Shown: piece by piece, positions 37,401 through 47,057 of the stretch
How the letters are laid out: every line of letters starts with the position of its first letter
Position numbering within the stretch: position 1 is the first letter of the stretch
From: a virus
Direction: 5' to 3' (one strand)
IMG/VR virus record: IMGVR_UViG_3300045988_129366
Coordinates: 1 to 64,000 of that record
DNA length: 64,000 nucleotides
Program-made: the position numbers and the translations under genes
The notes under the pieces: generated by a model
Database searches by the model: none
Seen by the model: only the letters and a program-made list of their open reading frames with translations
What the model was told of the DNA's origin: nothing

Positions 37401-38028
37401 TGGTCGGATAGCCTACGCGGATTACGTAACGCTCGCCATTGTTTTGTCCCTGCCAGGCATCTTCAGCTGCCTTGATTTCCCACCTTACGCCGTACTTGTC
37501 ATGGAATGCGTCAATCAGCACATTCCATATCTTCGTGTGGCTTATGGTTATGATTGTCGCCTCCTGCTTGTACTGCCATGCAGGGTTGAGGTCAATCGTT
37601 ATGGTGTCGCCGTAATAATATTCAAGCACTTGCCTGAACAGCTCGCAGAAGTCGCCGAGATTGAGCTGCACGGTTGCCACTTCCTCGTCGGGAAGATACG
37701 TCCCTGCGGCTATCTGGTGAATGGTTACAAATGTCCAACGCTTAAGCTGATATATAGCCCAGTGCTGAAACGTGAGGTCAATCTGCGACTTAAGGCTTTC
37801 GTTGCCCTTGCTCCCCTGCGGTATGCGCAGAGGCATTATGTATTTCTCCCCCTGAAACTCAACCGCCCAATCATAAGAGAAGTCAGGGGTAATGTCACCA
37901 TCTATCTTGACTTGGGTAGATATGGTTTTCTCGCTCATGTCAACAAGAGGCACCTGTGCATGGGTGAGTGTGGCATATTGCTTCCCGTCTTTCTTCGGGA
38001 AGTTAAGCTCTTTAATATCGGGTATCAA
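34468..38028 (-). CDS. Large tail tip/baseplate hub-like protein (1186 aa).
   Basis: Size and position downstream of the tape measure and distal-tail-like genes. Confidence 0.5.
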   Translation of the reverse strand: MIPDIKELNFPKKDGKQYATLTHAQVPLVDMSEKTISTQVKIDGDITPDFSYDWAVEFQGEKYIMPLRIPQGSKGNESLKSQIDLTFQHWAIYQLKRWTFVTIHQIAAGTYLPDEEVATVQLNLGDFCELFRQVLEYYYGDTITIDLNPAWQYKQEATIITISHTKIWNVLIDAFHDKYGVRWEIKAAEDAWQGQNNGERYVIRVGYPTTEVDHIFEYGFEGGLLKVERQVQSEEIRNMLKGRGGDTNIPLRYFKDADPNNPDFRPDPDWIEELANIPFKNLMPATFRSYVQGWKAAHISKYPGYTSVGESNAYAPWAYHKGYTDTKFAPVEFVADEITISPATGDKQVEILPGYSPYVKKGSSLDKYGPLPDTLDNNDDIYPTLQGTGLDIAVDVEQIESDDVAESTENDAKISNIEGATTTVKLTSMTTRRAIMVEFPPFDVPDGQTANIVTGAYSKNAHYTKGITGGDKDVTDLLVVSDSPEIIAINAITGVEHPGSGIPAGRWKWRATFEVELVLDPNIHLPKEGWITVGYESPKKQTASLQDSKWRKTFDIWVKNIWDSSKGAAETNEEYSERVWKPVLGDREGNAAKIMFTSGALAISEDYEFTIVDFPVPDSSKTYEGEQSHWRITLAKSEAELEATGLYVPSTQKQGKAGDRFVFIGTEMTHVPYVVDAEIRLDDWKKDQLGEVKEIKPTAVVTTDRVRLSNEGKPNALINQLRVGNSLRLFDKRFFNEAGKACETLYLQSITYTYREPTSDDAALNPDVEIVLGNEYTTSANPVSMMQGEISALQRQVGAISNIEQIVRAVGDKLYLRKDGISDRSLSPTQFFSLLTSGDFRAGLVGGAGWGFYKDENGNWVLETDRLSVRQDMSVNTLVINQAEGRGGMEIDTAAYINGVTRVVEADNGYVCYFDQKNGSVANLFHVDDVAFCNQWTAENADLKFYKRRVVAVGIDNITLSKTDVNGTGIPAEGDNIIHFGNYTDKTRQYVKVRDVVGGGYERYIESLNSVNAAGVEYYFVGKQAGESRWFIGNKDLVPYSGAGDGSYIEYINGKFNLHNVSLNIGSSIGDITLGDIIENAEQSAVTVQILTDKGNVLLNGEGQRVMTAHVYFRNEDVTDRIYEGRFSWKRTSSDTTGDKIWNRLHEGIGNQCTVTDEDVDRNAVFLCEVDISGTWLENEMENEQE

Positions 38029-38064
38029 TCTGCTTCATAGGGCAAAGGCTCTCGGCTCAGATGG

Positions 38065-38541
38065 TTAGACTGATTTTTCAAAATTGCATTTTGTCGGGTC
38101 GCTCACGTGGATTACAAACTCCACCTGTGCGAACTCATATCCGTTCTTGCTTTTCTTGAACTCCTTGCACTCGGCGATAGGCTCGGGCAATCCGACAATC
38201 TTGCAAGGCTTGAAGTCGTTGTAGAACGTCACTTCCTTGTAGGTGCGGATGTCGCTGTTGGTAGGCTGTGTGTAGAGTTTCTTGTTGAACGCGGCTATGA
38301 TGGAATTGACGCGTTTCAGATCCTTGTCCTGCCCGTCGATGATAAACTGCACCTTGTAGTCGAAGGCATCCTGCACCGTGCGTGGGTCGATGTTGTCTCC
38401 GGCCTGCTCGGCGTAAGTCGTGACGTCGCGCTTCTTTATAGGAGCCTCCGTGCGGTTGTCGGCATCCATATAAATCAGCTTGTGCGCGGTAAAGGTGTCC
38501 TCTATCGCGCCGTCGCCTATCTTTATGCGTACGTTTATCAT
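38065..38541 (-). CDS. Tail structural protein (158 aa), distal-tail-like position.
   Basis: Synteny. It overlaps the upstream ORF by 4 nt. Confidence 0.4.
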   Translation of the reverse strand: MINVRIKIGDGAIEDTFTAHKLIYMDADNRTEAPIKKRDVTTYAEQAGDNIDPRTVQDAFDYKVQFIIDGQDKDLKRVNSIIAAFNKKLYTQPTNSDIRTYKEVTFYNDFKPCKIVGLPEPIAECKEFKKSKNGYEFAQVEFVIHVSDPTKCNFEKSV

Positions 38542-39023
38542 CGCTCAATCAATTTTATTGTCTTGCGCTTGAACACGCAATTGTCACTCTTTGCCCCCAC
38601 AACCTTGCAGTCCTCGGCGATATACAGCGGCACCGCGATTGCAGGCTCGTTCTCCTGCTCGCACTCCACGCGGATTTTACATCCGTTGGCGAAATACAGC
38701 ATCGGGATAACGGCATTGTCGTAGTCCATCGCAACCTTGATTGTTCCCTTGCAGTCGTGGAAGATGTAAGCCTGCAACTTGTCGAAAACTTCACCGTCGA
38801 AAGTCCTGCCGACGAATACGCCCTTGTCTTCGATGTCTGAGAACTCACGGCGCAGAAGTTTGAGACTTGGAAAGCCGCGCTCCATGCACCAGTCCGGATT
38901 TTCTACATAGAGATTAATTAGCTCGTCTCTGTCGTAGGCCCGCATCTGGGCATAGCCATCCGCGCAGATTCCTCCGCGTCGCGCATCCTCCATAAGCGTT
39001 TCTTTCAACTGCAATTCTTCCAT
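38538..39023 (-). CDS. Tail structural protein (161 aa).
   Basis: Synteny. Confidence 0.4.
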   Translation of the reverse strand: MEELQLKETLMEDARRGGICADGYAQMRAYDRDELINLYVENPDWCMERGFPSLKLLRREFSDIEDKGVFVGRTFDGEVFDKLQAYIFHDCKGTIKVAMDYDNAVIPMLYFANGCKIRVECEQENEPAIAVPLYIAEDCKVVGAKSDNCVFKRKTIKLIER

Positions 39024-39077
39024 ATCGCAAAGTTAGCGATATATTGTCAATTATGCAATAGAAACTATAATTCAGCT

Positions 39078-39767
39078 TTATATTTTATCGGGCAATAGCA
39101 TAACCTTTGGGGTGTGAAGCTCGCGCCACTTTTTGCGCAGATACTCCATCGTGCCGTTAAAGTTTGTCAGAAAGCCGTCGTTGATAAGGTCGGCAACCTT
39201 GCGCTGGAAACTGAACAGCTCACGCATCTTCTTTTCATCGCCATGCTGATTTCGTATCATCGTGGCGTGGGCGTTGAACACGCAGTAATTGATAGCCTCT
39301 GCGATTTTAGGCATTGCGGCTCTCATAAAGTCCTTGCTCACGATTTTGCTTACTGCGGCGGCAAGCTCCTTATAACTATCTCCGGCTTCATTGCGATAGG
39401 CGAGCATTTGGTCGGAAACAAATTTGAGAACGTGGTATTCAAACCGAGGGCTAAGATACATCGCGAACTTCACGAACAAAACGGGGTGAAGCCATGTCCC
39501 GCCATTCTTGCCTTTGTTGGTCTTTGAGAGCTTGTTTTTTAATTCCGTAAATTCTACGGATTTAATTCCAAGCTCATTTTCAGCGATTTCCGACATTAGG
39601 TCGGGAAGGTTGGTGCTTTTCCAAAAGTTGTCTATCTCGCGTTTGTTGTCCGGCATTGTTTCATTCCATGCCTTTGCCAATGCTGTGGCGTTGAAATAGC
39701 CGTCGGAGGTACGTTGCGCCACGTCAAACACACCCATCTTCCGTATCATCACTTGGTTTGTTTTCAT
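39078..39767 (-). CDS. KilA-N domain protein (antirepressor-like moron) inserted between the tape measure and tail genes.
   Basis: GGTWLHPVLFVKFAMYLSPRFEYHVLKFV matches the KilA-N signature (GTW.HP.LA...A.WLSP.F). Confidence 0.55.
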   Translation of the reverse strand: MKTNQVMIRKMGVFDVAQRTSDGYFNATALAKAWNETMPDNKREIDNFWKSTNLPDLMSEIAENELGIKSVEFTELKNKLSKTNKGKNGGTWLHPVLFVKFAMYLSPRFEYHVLKFVSDQMLAYRNEAGDSYKELAAAVSKIVSKDFMRAAMPKIAEAINYCVFNAHATMIRNQHGDEKKMRELFSFQRKVADLINDGFLTNFNGTMEYLRKKWRELHTPKVMLLPDKI

Positions 39768-39802
39768 ATATTATAATGTATCTTTGCGTATCTATAAAAA
39801 GA

Positions 39803-39850
39803 TACCCCCAAGCGAGGCCACTACACACTCGCAAGGGGGATTATCTCAAA
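39803..39850 (-). terminator. Rho-independent terminator after the tape measure gene: hairpin CCCCCAAGCGAG...CTCGCAAGGGGG, with a U-run on the minus strand.
   Basis: RC reads TCCCCCTTGCGAG...CTCGCTTGGGGG followed by TATCTTTTTAT. Confidence 0.5.
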
Positions 39851-39944
39851 TAAGGTTCTGTGAGTAGTGGTTCACGGCACAAAGATAATGCTTTATTGAA
39901 AATTACGCAAACATTTCTATAATTTATCTTTAGGTTTCGGGCTG

Positions 39945-42900
39945 CTAATTTAAGAACGTGTTGAAGCCCGTAGTCGCGCCTTTCGTCCGCAACGCCCGTC
40001 CGAGCATGGTGTGTATCTCGGCAAGGTGCTGCTCCATCCGTGGCAGACTTGAAAGGTGCTGGTTGGCGGTCGTGAACATTTCGGTGTAATCTATCGCTCC
40101 CGTAGTGATACCCGAAGCTGTAGGCAATGCCACGCCACGCCCCTCCATAAGCGCAACCACCCTCGCAAGGTTCTCGTCTATGCGCGGAATCGGAGCGGCA
40201 TAGTATAATAATGTGTTCCCGATCGCCGCAGCCGTGTTTATCTCCTCGGAAGTCGCCCCGGCTATATTTTTGGCTATGCCCGTGAAGCCCTCTGCTTTCT
40301 CACGTCCGTCATATCCCCATTTCTTTGCCCACTCCATGATGACAGCCCCGGCGGCATTGGCATCCTTAGAACCTTTGTCTGCGCTTTCCATTACTTTGCG
40401 CCAAAAGTTCTCGTCGTAGAAGTCGTCCTCATCCATCTCGTCTATCATCTTGAACGTGGGTTCCAATGCCCTCTGCATGGCTTTTGCCATAAGCGACTCC
40501 ACCACCATGTTTTCTATCATCTCGTGGAACTTCTCGCTCATGGCATCAGCGGTGTTCCCGAACTCCTTGTATGCGTCAAGCCATGCCTGTGCGAAATCGC
40601 GTGCTGCGGATGTTAGGTCTGTGCCGAGCATCCGCTCCGCTATCTTGCCTTGCATGTCGGCTATCTGGTCGCCGATGTCGCGGGCTTTGTTAAGGAACTC
40701 CTGCGCCTTTTCCTCGTCAGCCTTTTTCCCTTTTGACATCTCCGCCTCATATTGCTTCATATAGGCTTGCTGTTGCGCAAGGAGTATCTTCTGCTGCTGT
40801 TTCTGATTCGCTACATAATCAGACCCGAACACCTTGTCAGCTGCTTTCTCCAACCGCCCGTAGGTGTATTCAAGCTGATCGAGAAGATTTTGCTGACGCT
40901 CAATCTCCTTGTTGGCCTTGCGGACTTTTGAACCGCTTATCCAAGATGCAATGGCACTTCCTACCGCCAATACTCCTGCGGCAATGGCTATATACGGATT
41001 CGATTCAGCTATTGCGTTGAATATGGCTTGTGCGGTGGCGGCGGCGTTTATCGCCGTGCTCATAGTTTGCAGAGAGCTGATTGCTGAATCGAATACAAGT
41101 CCGGCGGCTGAATCCTCAGATATGCCGAGCAAGTCTTTTATTTCGCTAAGCTCCCCTGCGAGTTGGTCTGCGGTTGAAGCTACTTTTTGCAAGTCTTTGA
41201 AAAACTTTGTTGTGGCTTTTTTCTGCTTGTCCTGCTCGCCCGTAACTTTTTGTTCGGCTTTCTTCACCTTATCAGCGGCTTTTGCTTTTGCCTGCTCTGC
41301 TTTGGCCACATTTGCAGTGGCTGTATTTAGCCGCAACTCAGCCGCAACAATCTGATTCTCGGTTGCAAGTTCATTGTTTTTAAGGTCGTTCAGCACTCGC
41401 TGGGCTTCTACTTTCTCATCTTCGGCTGTGGCAATATCCTCGTCAAGTTGAGGAAGCTGCGCCTGATACTCCGCCTCGGCTGCTGTTAGTTCCTGCTTGG
41501 CGATTTTGAGATTCTTGATTGCAGCGATGTAGTCGCTGACAGACTGAATCATATCGTTGCCGAATCCTCGCCCGCTTATCTGCTCGTCTATGTCCTCCAT
41601 AGCCTTGACAAGCGTTTTCATGTTCTCCGGCGAAAGATTCTGATTGGTGTCTATCAACGCTTGCATTTCAGCGCGCAAGCGTTTAAGTGAGCTTGTGGCT
41701 ACATTGTCAAGATTCTCAAATATCTTGATATAGTCCTCGCTCTTGGTGAACTCCTCGAAATTTACCTTTGCCAAATCCTCGTCTTGCTTTCTCTGACTTT
41801 GAGCCGCAAGGCGGTCTTTCTCCTCCTGCGGAAGATTCGACTTGTATATCTCGGCTCTGCGCTGTGTCTCGCGGCTGATTATGTCCGTGCGCTGCTCCTC
41901 ATAGTCTTTGGCTTTTGCAAGCTCTTTCTCCCATGTGGTGATATTGGAGGCGGCGGTTTTCTGCCCCTCATTGACTATGTTTTCTGCCGTGCTGCGGTTC
42001 TTATCGATGATTTGGTCTTGATACTTGTCGTATATGTCGGCTAGAGCCTTGTAGTTGATGCGCTGATTCGTCATGTCAAATACGGGAGAAAGGTCGATTT
42101 CGACATCTTTGTTCCCGCTCTTGAACACTTCCCGAATCTGCTTAACAGCGTCCTCAAACAATTCCTCGCCCGTTGAGCCGTAGATGCTCAAAGATACGCG
42201 GGTTGCCAGTTCTATATCCCCCGTCATCCCGAGTATCTTCTCATAAAACTCCTTCGCCGTCTTGGTGCGGGAAATGCGGTCGGAAAGAGCCTTTAGTTTT
42301 TTCTCCAACGCCTTTTGTAGAGAGTTAAGGTCTACATCCTCCAACTGCGCCACAGCCTCGTCTATCTCCTTGCCGATATTGGGGAAGAGCGGTTTGCCTT
42401 TCTTGTCGCGGAGCTTCTGCAACTCTTTCATCTTGTCGATGAAGTGCTGCATGTTTGATTTCAGATTCTCGTCGGTGAAAGGCAGTTCAAACTCAAAACC
42501 GTACTTTCCTGCGCGGTCTTGAAGCGTCTTGATTGTATTGGAGTATATTTCTTGTATCTTCTCGGCAGCCTTTGTCGCCCCAATCTGTTTCTCCAACTTG
42601 TGATACTCGTCGTAGAGCTTCTTGGTGAGCGAGATTTCCTCTTTCAGATTTTGCAGACGGGGGTCGGAGGTGCGACCGCCTTTGTTCTTTTTCTCATCAG
42701 GGTCATAGAACTCCTTGAATGTATTAAAAAGAGTTGTGAGCTGTTCAAGTTTTTTCTCGGATTCATCAATCTTTATATCTGTAAGGGGATTCATCAAACG
42801 CGCAAGCAATCCCCATTTAGCGGTTTTCTCACGCTCTTGGCGAAGTTCCTTTAACTTCTGCTTTTCCGATTCCATCTCATCCTTGATGCGAGTGACGTAG

Positions 42901-45605
42901 GTTTTCCAGTCTTCGCCAGATTGCATAAGGAATCGGCTCATTTTATTGATATTCCCATGAGCATCCGTTACAATCTGATAGCCTTTCTCACGAGCCAACT
43001 GAACTTTACTGTCCGCCGGAATAACATTTCCCCATTCCTTTTGCAGTGCTTTTAGTCGCATGGTAAGGTCGGGATATTTGTCGCCCACCGCTTTGATTAT
43101 CGCGTCAAAATTGACCTTTGTTATATCCATAAGGTCATTAGGATTAACGCTATCTACGAGATGCAGCCATTCGGGTTGAAGCTCCACCGCCTTTTCTTGA
43201 ATAGCCTTTTTCATGTCCTCATCGTTTAAGATAAGGTCGCGGACTCGTTTCATCGCAGCATTAGCCTGCATCTGCTGATAAAGGAATGTATTAGCATCTA
43301 CGGCACGACCATCGGAATACCGATAAGTGGTATTTTGAAGCGACTCTTTGGTTTGTTTGATTTTCTTGTCAAATTCACCGAGCTGCCCCGTTGCCTCACG
43401 GTATTCCTCATTCATCCCCCTTATCTCATCTGCTTGGTCTGCATAGGCTTCTGTTAAAGCCGTAATGTTCGCAAAGCCGGTATTGCTGCCAAAAATATCT
43501 CGCTGAGTAAATTCAAATTCTTTTTTCCAAATCTTAGCTATCAGCTTTGTATCATCAACTCCGGCTTCCAGCATAGCCTCCCTGAATTTCTGATAAGTAC
43601 TCTTGCCCGCTTGGGGTGCCAACTTCTCAAAAGCGGAAAAAAATCTTCCCACTTCCGTAGCAGACAATCCTTGGTCGTAGAGCCTTTCTCGCACGTCATT
43701 TTGTGCGTCTCTAATCTTCGTGCCGTAATATTCAAATATGGCACTTTCTGCTTTCTGACGTTGCTGTTCTGCAATATATTCTTTGATGGATTGTGTCAGT
43801 TCGTCATAACCGTCTTTCATCCGAGATAAATTCTCGATGGTAAGAGATTCTTGGGGAAGAATGTCTTTGTAAGTACGATTAAGCTCATCAAGCGCATCTT
43901 TTTGTTCCTTGCTTCCGTTAGCAGCTTTAACAGCTTTATCTGCAAGAAACTCAAAATTGCGCACACTTTGGTCTTGAAGCGTGGCAGTCTCGGTGTATAT
44001 GGAATCTAACTCTCTTTTGAGTTTGCGGAAGTTGGTTATCGCTTCTGAAGTTTTATATATAAAGTCTATTAAAAAGGAGACCAATATGCCCATACCAATT
44101 CCTTTCAGAGCCGACTTGCCCAAAGACATGAACCCCATTTTAAGTTTGCTCTGCGCGGTGGCGTTTTTCTGTGCGGCTATTGCGGCGGCTTCGTCCGCTT
44201 TTGCTTTTGCAAGGCTTGAACGTGCCGCGTTTTGTGCCGCAACGTCAGTGCCTTTCATAGCGGTTGCGAGTTTTGCTTCCGCGATAATGCGCTCATTTGT
44301 TGCCGCAGTAACTGTTTTGGCAAGCGAGGTTGTTGCCATCTTCATAGCTCCCATAGCAGCCACAGCGGGAAGAATAGTGGTCGCCGCTGTAAGTCCAACC
44401 GCTTTCCAGTTTCGCATCAATTCGGTGAGCATTTGGATTGCTTCTTTCATGCCCTCATTGACAATACCCGTGTTGCCAATCTGCTCGTACATCACGGAAG
44501 CGGCATCTCCCAATTTTTGCCACAAGCCGTATAAGGTGTTACCTTGCTGTATCTGCATATTGTAAAACATACCTCCGGCATCCGTCATGTCGTAAAGCAC
44601 CTCCTTTACCAACTCCCAAGAGATAGCTCGTTTTGAAATCATATCCATGACCTCTGCCGTAGATACCATCTCGCCGTTCATCTTGGAAAGTTTGATAGAT
44701 AGTTCCTCCAACAATGGCACTCCCAATTCTGTAAATTGCTTGAGTTCACTTGCGCGCAGGTAGGTGGCTGTTCTCGTCTGACCGGCGGCAAGCACAATGC
44801 GTTGATAATCAACGCCTAATCCAACTGAAATATCGGCAAAGCGTTTTGTCATTTCAAACAGCTCGTCATACTCAATTTTGTATGCCGCGAGTTGCTTAGT
44901 GTATCTCGTCATGTCAAGAATCGACAATGGCGAGTTAAGCGCAAATTGTTTGATTTGCGAAAATATCTGCTCTCCTTTATTCGCATCCTGCAAAATCGCG
45001 CCGAGCGACACTCTTTGCAATTCAAACTGTGCGGTTACTTCTCTTACCGATGTAAGGAAATTGCCGACCATTGAAAATGACGCATATATAGCCATCTTCT
45101 TAATAAGTCGTTCAAGATAGCCGCTTTGGGCGCTATATGCTTTTGATGTTCTGTCAGCCTGTTGCGCCGCCCTCTGTTGCGACAATATCAGACGCCCCCC
45201 TGCTTGTCTTACACGCTCCTGCGACAGACGGAGTTTTTCATCTGCTTGCGCCACATCCTTTCGCAGTTTAGCGGCTTTAGCCATCTGCAACTCCGGCAAC
45301 TCAATCCCCTTGAACTTCTGAATCTTCTCCATGATACGGGCAAGCTCTTTCAGCTCGCGCACCAAGTCCCTGATAACGGTCTTGTTCTCGGGGGTAAGTG
45401 GTGTTATCTTTAACTCCGCAAGCCGCCTCTTGACATCATCAAGATTGTCAAACGCCTTGGTGTCAAATTTCAATTTGACATTCAACGTCCGTTTCTGAAT
45501 AGCTTTCTCCAACTTGTCGGCATACTTGCCGTCCCAGTCTTTAATCGCTGCCTCTACTCCTTTTTCAAGGTCGAATACTATCGGGAATCTTAAATTTTCC
45601 GCCAT
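39945..45605 (-). CDS. Tail tape measure protein (1886 aa).
   Basis: Very long K/E/A/Q-rich coiled coil with internal hydrophobic segments, upstream of the tail tip genes and downstream of the G/GT chaperone pair. Confidence 0.7.
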   Translation of the reverse strand: MAENLRFPIVFDLEKGVEAAIKDWDGKYADKLEKAIQKRTLNVKLKFDTKAFDNLDDVKRRLAELKITPLTPENKTVIRDLVRELKELARIMEKIQKFKGIELPELQMAKAAKLRKDVAQADEKLRLSQERVRQAGGRLILSQQRAAQQADRTSKAYSAQSGYLERLIKKMAIYASFSMVGNFLTSVREVTAQFELQRVSLGAILQDANKGEQIFSQIKQFALNSPLSILDMTRYTKQLAAYKIEYDELFEMTKRFADISVGLGVDYQRIVLAAGQTRTATYLRASELKQFTELGVPLLEELSIKLSKMNGEMVSTAEVMDMISKRAISWELVKEVLYDMTDAGGMFYNMQIQQGNTLYGLWQKLGDAASVMYEQIGNTGIVNEGMKEAIQMLTELMRNWKAVGLTAATTILPAVAAMGAMKMATTSLAKTVTAATNERIIAEAKLATAMKGTDVAAQNAARSSLAKAKADEAAAIAAQKNATAQSKLKMGFMSLGKSALKGIGMGILVSFLIDFIYKTSEAITNFRKLKRELDSIYTETATLQDQSVRNFEFLADKAVKAANGSKEQKDALDELNRTYKDILPQESLTIENLSRMKDGYDELTQSIKEYIAEQQRQKAESAIFEYYGTKIRDAQNDVRERLYDQGLSATEVGRFFSAFEKLAPQAGKSTYQKFREAMLEAGVDDTKLIAKIWKKEFEFTQRDIFGSNTGFANITALTEAYADQADEIRGMNEEYREATGQLGEFDKKIKQTKESLQNTTYRYSDGRAVDANTFLYQQMQANAAMKRVRDLILNDEDMKKAIQEKAVELQPEWLHLVDSVNPNDLMDITKVNFDAIIKAVGDKYPDLTMRLKALQKEWGNVIPADSKVQLAREKGYQIVTDAHGNINKMSRFLMQSGEDWKTYVTRIKDEMESEKQKLKELRQEREKTAKWGLLARLMNPLTDIKIDESEKKLEQLTTLFNTFKEFYDPDEKKNKGGRTSDPRLQNLKEEISLTKKLYDEYHKLEKQIGATKAAEKIQEIYSNTIKTLQDRAGKYGFEFELPFTDENLKSNMQHFIDKMKELQKLRDKKGKPLFPNIGKEIDEAVAQLEDVDLNSLQKALEKKLKALSDRISRTKTAKEFYEKILGMTGDIELATRVSLSIYGSTGEELFEDAVKQIREVFKSGNKDVEIDLSPVFDMTNQRINYKALADIYDKYQDQIIDKNRSTAENIVNEGQKTAASNITTWEKELAKAKDYEEQRTDIISRETQRRAEIYKSNLPQEEKDRLAAQSQRKQDEDLAKVNFEEFTKSEDYIKIFENLDNVATSSLKRLRAEMQALIDTNQNLSPENMKTLVKAMEDIDEQISGRGFGNDMIQSVSDYIAAIKNLKIAKQELTAAEAEYQAQLPQLDEDIATAEDEKVEAQRVLNDLKNNELATENQIVAAELRLNTATANVAKAEQAKAKAADKVKKAEQKVTGEQDKQKKATTKFFKDLQKVASTADQLAGELSEIKDLLGISEDSAAGLVFDSAISSLQTMSTAINAAATAQAIFNAIAESNPYIAIAAGVLAVGSAIASWISGSKVRKANKEIERQQNLLDQLEYTYGRLEKAADKVFGSDYVANQKQQQKILLAQQQAYMKQYEAEMSKGKKADEEKAQEFLNKARDIGDQIADMQGKIAERMLGTDLTSAARDFAQAWLDAYKEFGNTADAMSEKFHEMIENMVVESLMAKAMQRALEPTFKMIDEMDEDDFYDENFWRKVMESADKGSKDANAAGAVIMEWAKKWGYDGREKAEGFTGIAKNIAGATSEEINTAAAIGNTLLYYAAPIPRIDENLARVVALMEGRGVALPTASGITTGAIDYTEMFTTANQHLSSLPRMEQHLAEIHTMLGRALRTKGATTGFNTFLN

Positions 45606-45684
45606 TGCTATAAGATTATCTTGTTATGAACAGAGTTGCATTGCTCCGCAGGAATTTGTAACTTTGCGCAAAAATCTGTGTATT

Positions 45685-45939
45685 ATGGATGAAAAGCCTA
45701 AATCGGGATATGACCGATACAACGAATTGATTGAAAAGAAAGAATCGCGAAGCGACCTTAACATCGTCCCCAAAGCCATAGGAATAATGGGCGCGATTTG
45801 CCTTATAGGGGGAGTATTGTCAATTTTTAGCAAGCTGTTTACACTCGTAGAGTCCATTGCCATTATCGAAGGGTCATTCTTCCTTTTCGGCTTCTCAATC
45901 ATCGTCAAAGCCGCCTGCAAGTACCTCGACAAACAATAA
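45685..45939 (+). CDS. Small two-TM membrane protein (84 aa), opposite-strand moron.
   Basis: TM helices AIGIMGAICLIGGVLSIF and SFFLFGFSIIVKAA. The start is taken at ATG 45685, and the longer ORF overlaps the tape measure start. Confidence 0.4.
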   Translation: MDEKPKSGYDRYNELIEKKESRSDLNIVPKAIGIMGAICLIGGVLSIFSKLFTLVESIAIIEGSFFLFGFSIIVKAACKYLDKQ

Positions 45940-45978
45940 GAGGGTGTTCTTTCCATATCAATTCGTATAAAAACCACA

Positions 45979-46017
45979 AGAGCCGACCACCCTTTCGGGT
46001 AATCGGCTCTTGGCTCT
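45979..46017 (-). terminator. Member of a conserved terminator-hairpin family: AGAGCCGA(N16)TCGGCTCT plus TGGCTCT, followed on the minus strand by a T-run.
   Basis: Nearly identical stems occur at 52929-52970 and 53070-53117. Confidence 0.5.
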
Positions 46018-46276
46018 ATGATGCAAATATAGCGTTTTATCATCAATTACACAATAATATCTATAATTTAACTTTATATTATAGCTAATTTGCTGTTCTA
46101 AAACATGTTAAAATTGCCGCTGTTCCTTTTGCTGCCGAAGATATTATTGCTAATTTTGTTGTTGTTAATAGTAGACTAAGTGCTGTAATTGGAACTGCGG
46201 CACGTGTTTCTATAACTACTGGAGAGCATTATGAATTTGCTCTTTGGATTAAATGTAACCCCAAGCCTCAGAGCTT

Positions 46277-47029
46277 ATGATACTTCTCGGCGTACAAGAA
46301 AAATTTTACAACTTATTGGAGAACCATTTTGGCGAAACCTTTGCCGTTTGCGTTCTTATTGTTGCAGCAATTCTTACGGGCTTAATATGGCTTTCAATAT
46401 GGCTTTATAAGGTAGTCCACCTCAAAAAAGACATAGAAAAATTACCATGTGCCGAGCATAAATCCAAATTAGAACGCGTTATTGCCGTAGAGACAAAAAT
46501 TGATGCACTACCATGCTCAGAACACATGGAGCAGATAAGACATCACGCAGAAGGACATAATTCTGTTTTGACGCGTCTTGGATCAATTGACACGACATTG
46601 TTGTTTTTACAAAAAGGAATTGACGGACTTAATCAATCTTTGCAAAAAGGCAATCAGATTATAACTGATAGTTTCACTCAATCCCATAGTCCATTGTCAA
46701 TAACCCCAAAAGGATATGAAATGGTCAACCGAATGGGTATTTCGGAAATGTTTGATAGTAATTGGAAGCGAATAAAAGCGTTGATAGATGCGGAAAACGA
46801 AAGCCGCAATCCATACGACATTCAGCAATTTTGCATACAGCAAGCCGTTGTATTCCCCGAAAAATTTCTATCGGAAGCTGAATTGGATAAAATAAAGATA
46901 GACGCATACAACACAGGCAACCCTTTGCTTTCATATATGAGGGTGATTGCGGTTATGGCTCGTGACCGATATTTTGAAGAAAACGACATTGATGTTTCAG
47001 AGGTTGACGCAAACGACCCAACAAAATAA
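46277..47029 (+). CDS. Membrane-anchored moron protein (250 aa) with an AT-rich upstream region.
   Basis: N-terminal TM AVCVLIVAAILTGLIWLSIWLY. The AT-rich upstream stretch contains TAATTTGC (46086-46093). It is on the opposite strand inside the late operon. Confidence 0.5.
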   Translation: MILLGVQEKFYNLLENHFGETFAVCVLIVAAILTGLIWLSIWLYKVVHLKKDIEKLPCAEHKSKLERVIAVETKIDALPCSEHMEQIRHHAEGHNSVLTRLGSIDTTLLFLQKGIDGLNQSLQKGNQIITDSFTQSHSPLSITPKGYEMVNRMGISEMFDSNWKRIKALIDAENESRNPYDIQQFCIQQAVVFPEKFLSEAELDKIKIDAYNTGNPLLSYMRVIAVMARDRYFEENDIDVSEVDANDPTK

Positions 47030-47057
47030 ATAACTTACTCATAATAGGGGCGACGCA

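Noticed and set aside
39779-39786. TATCTTTG -7 motif on the plus strand upstream of the tape measure terminator region.
   Set aside because: There is no plus-strand gene downstream. It is probably coincidental, or part of the AT-rich minus-strand promoter for the KilA-N gene.
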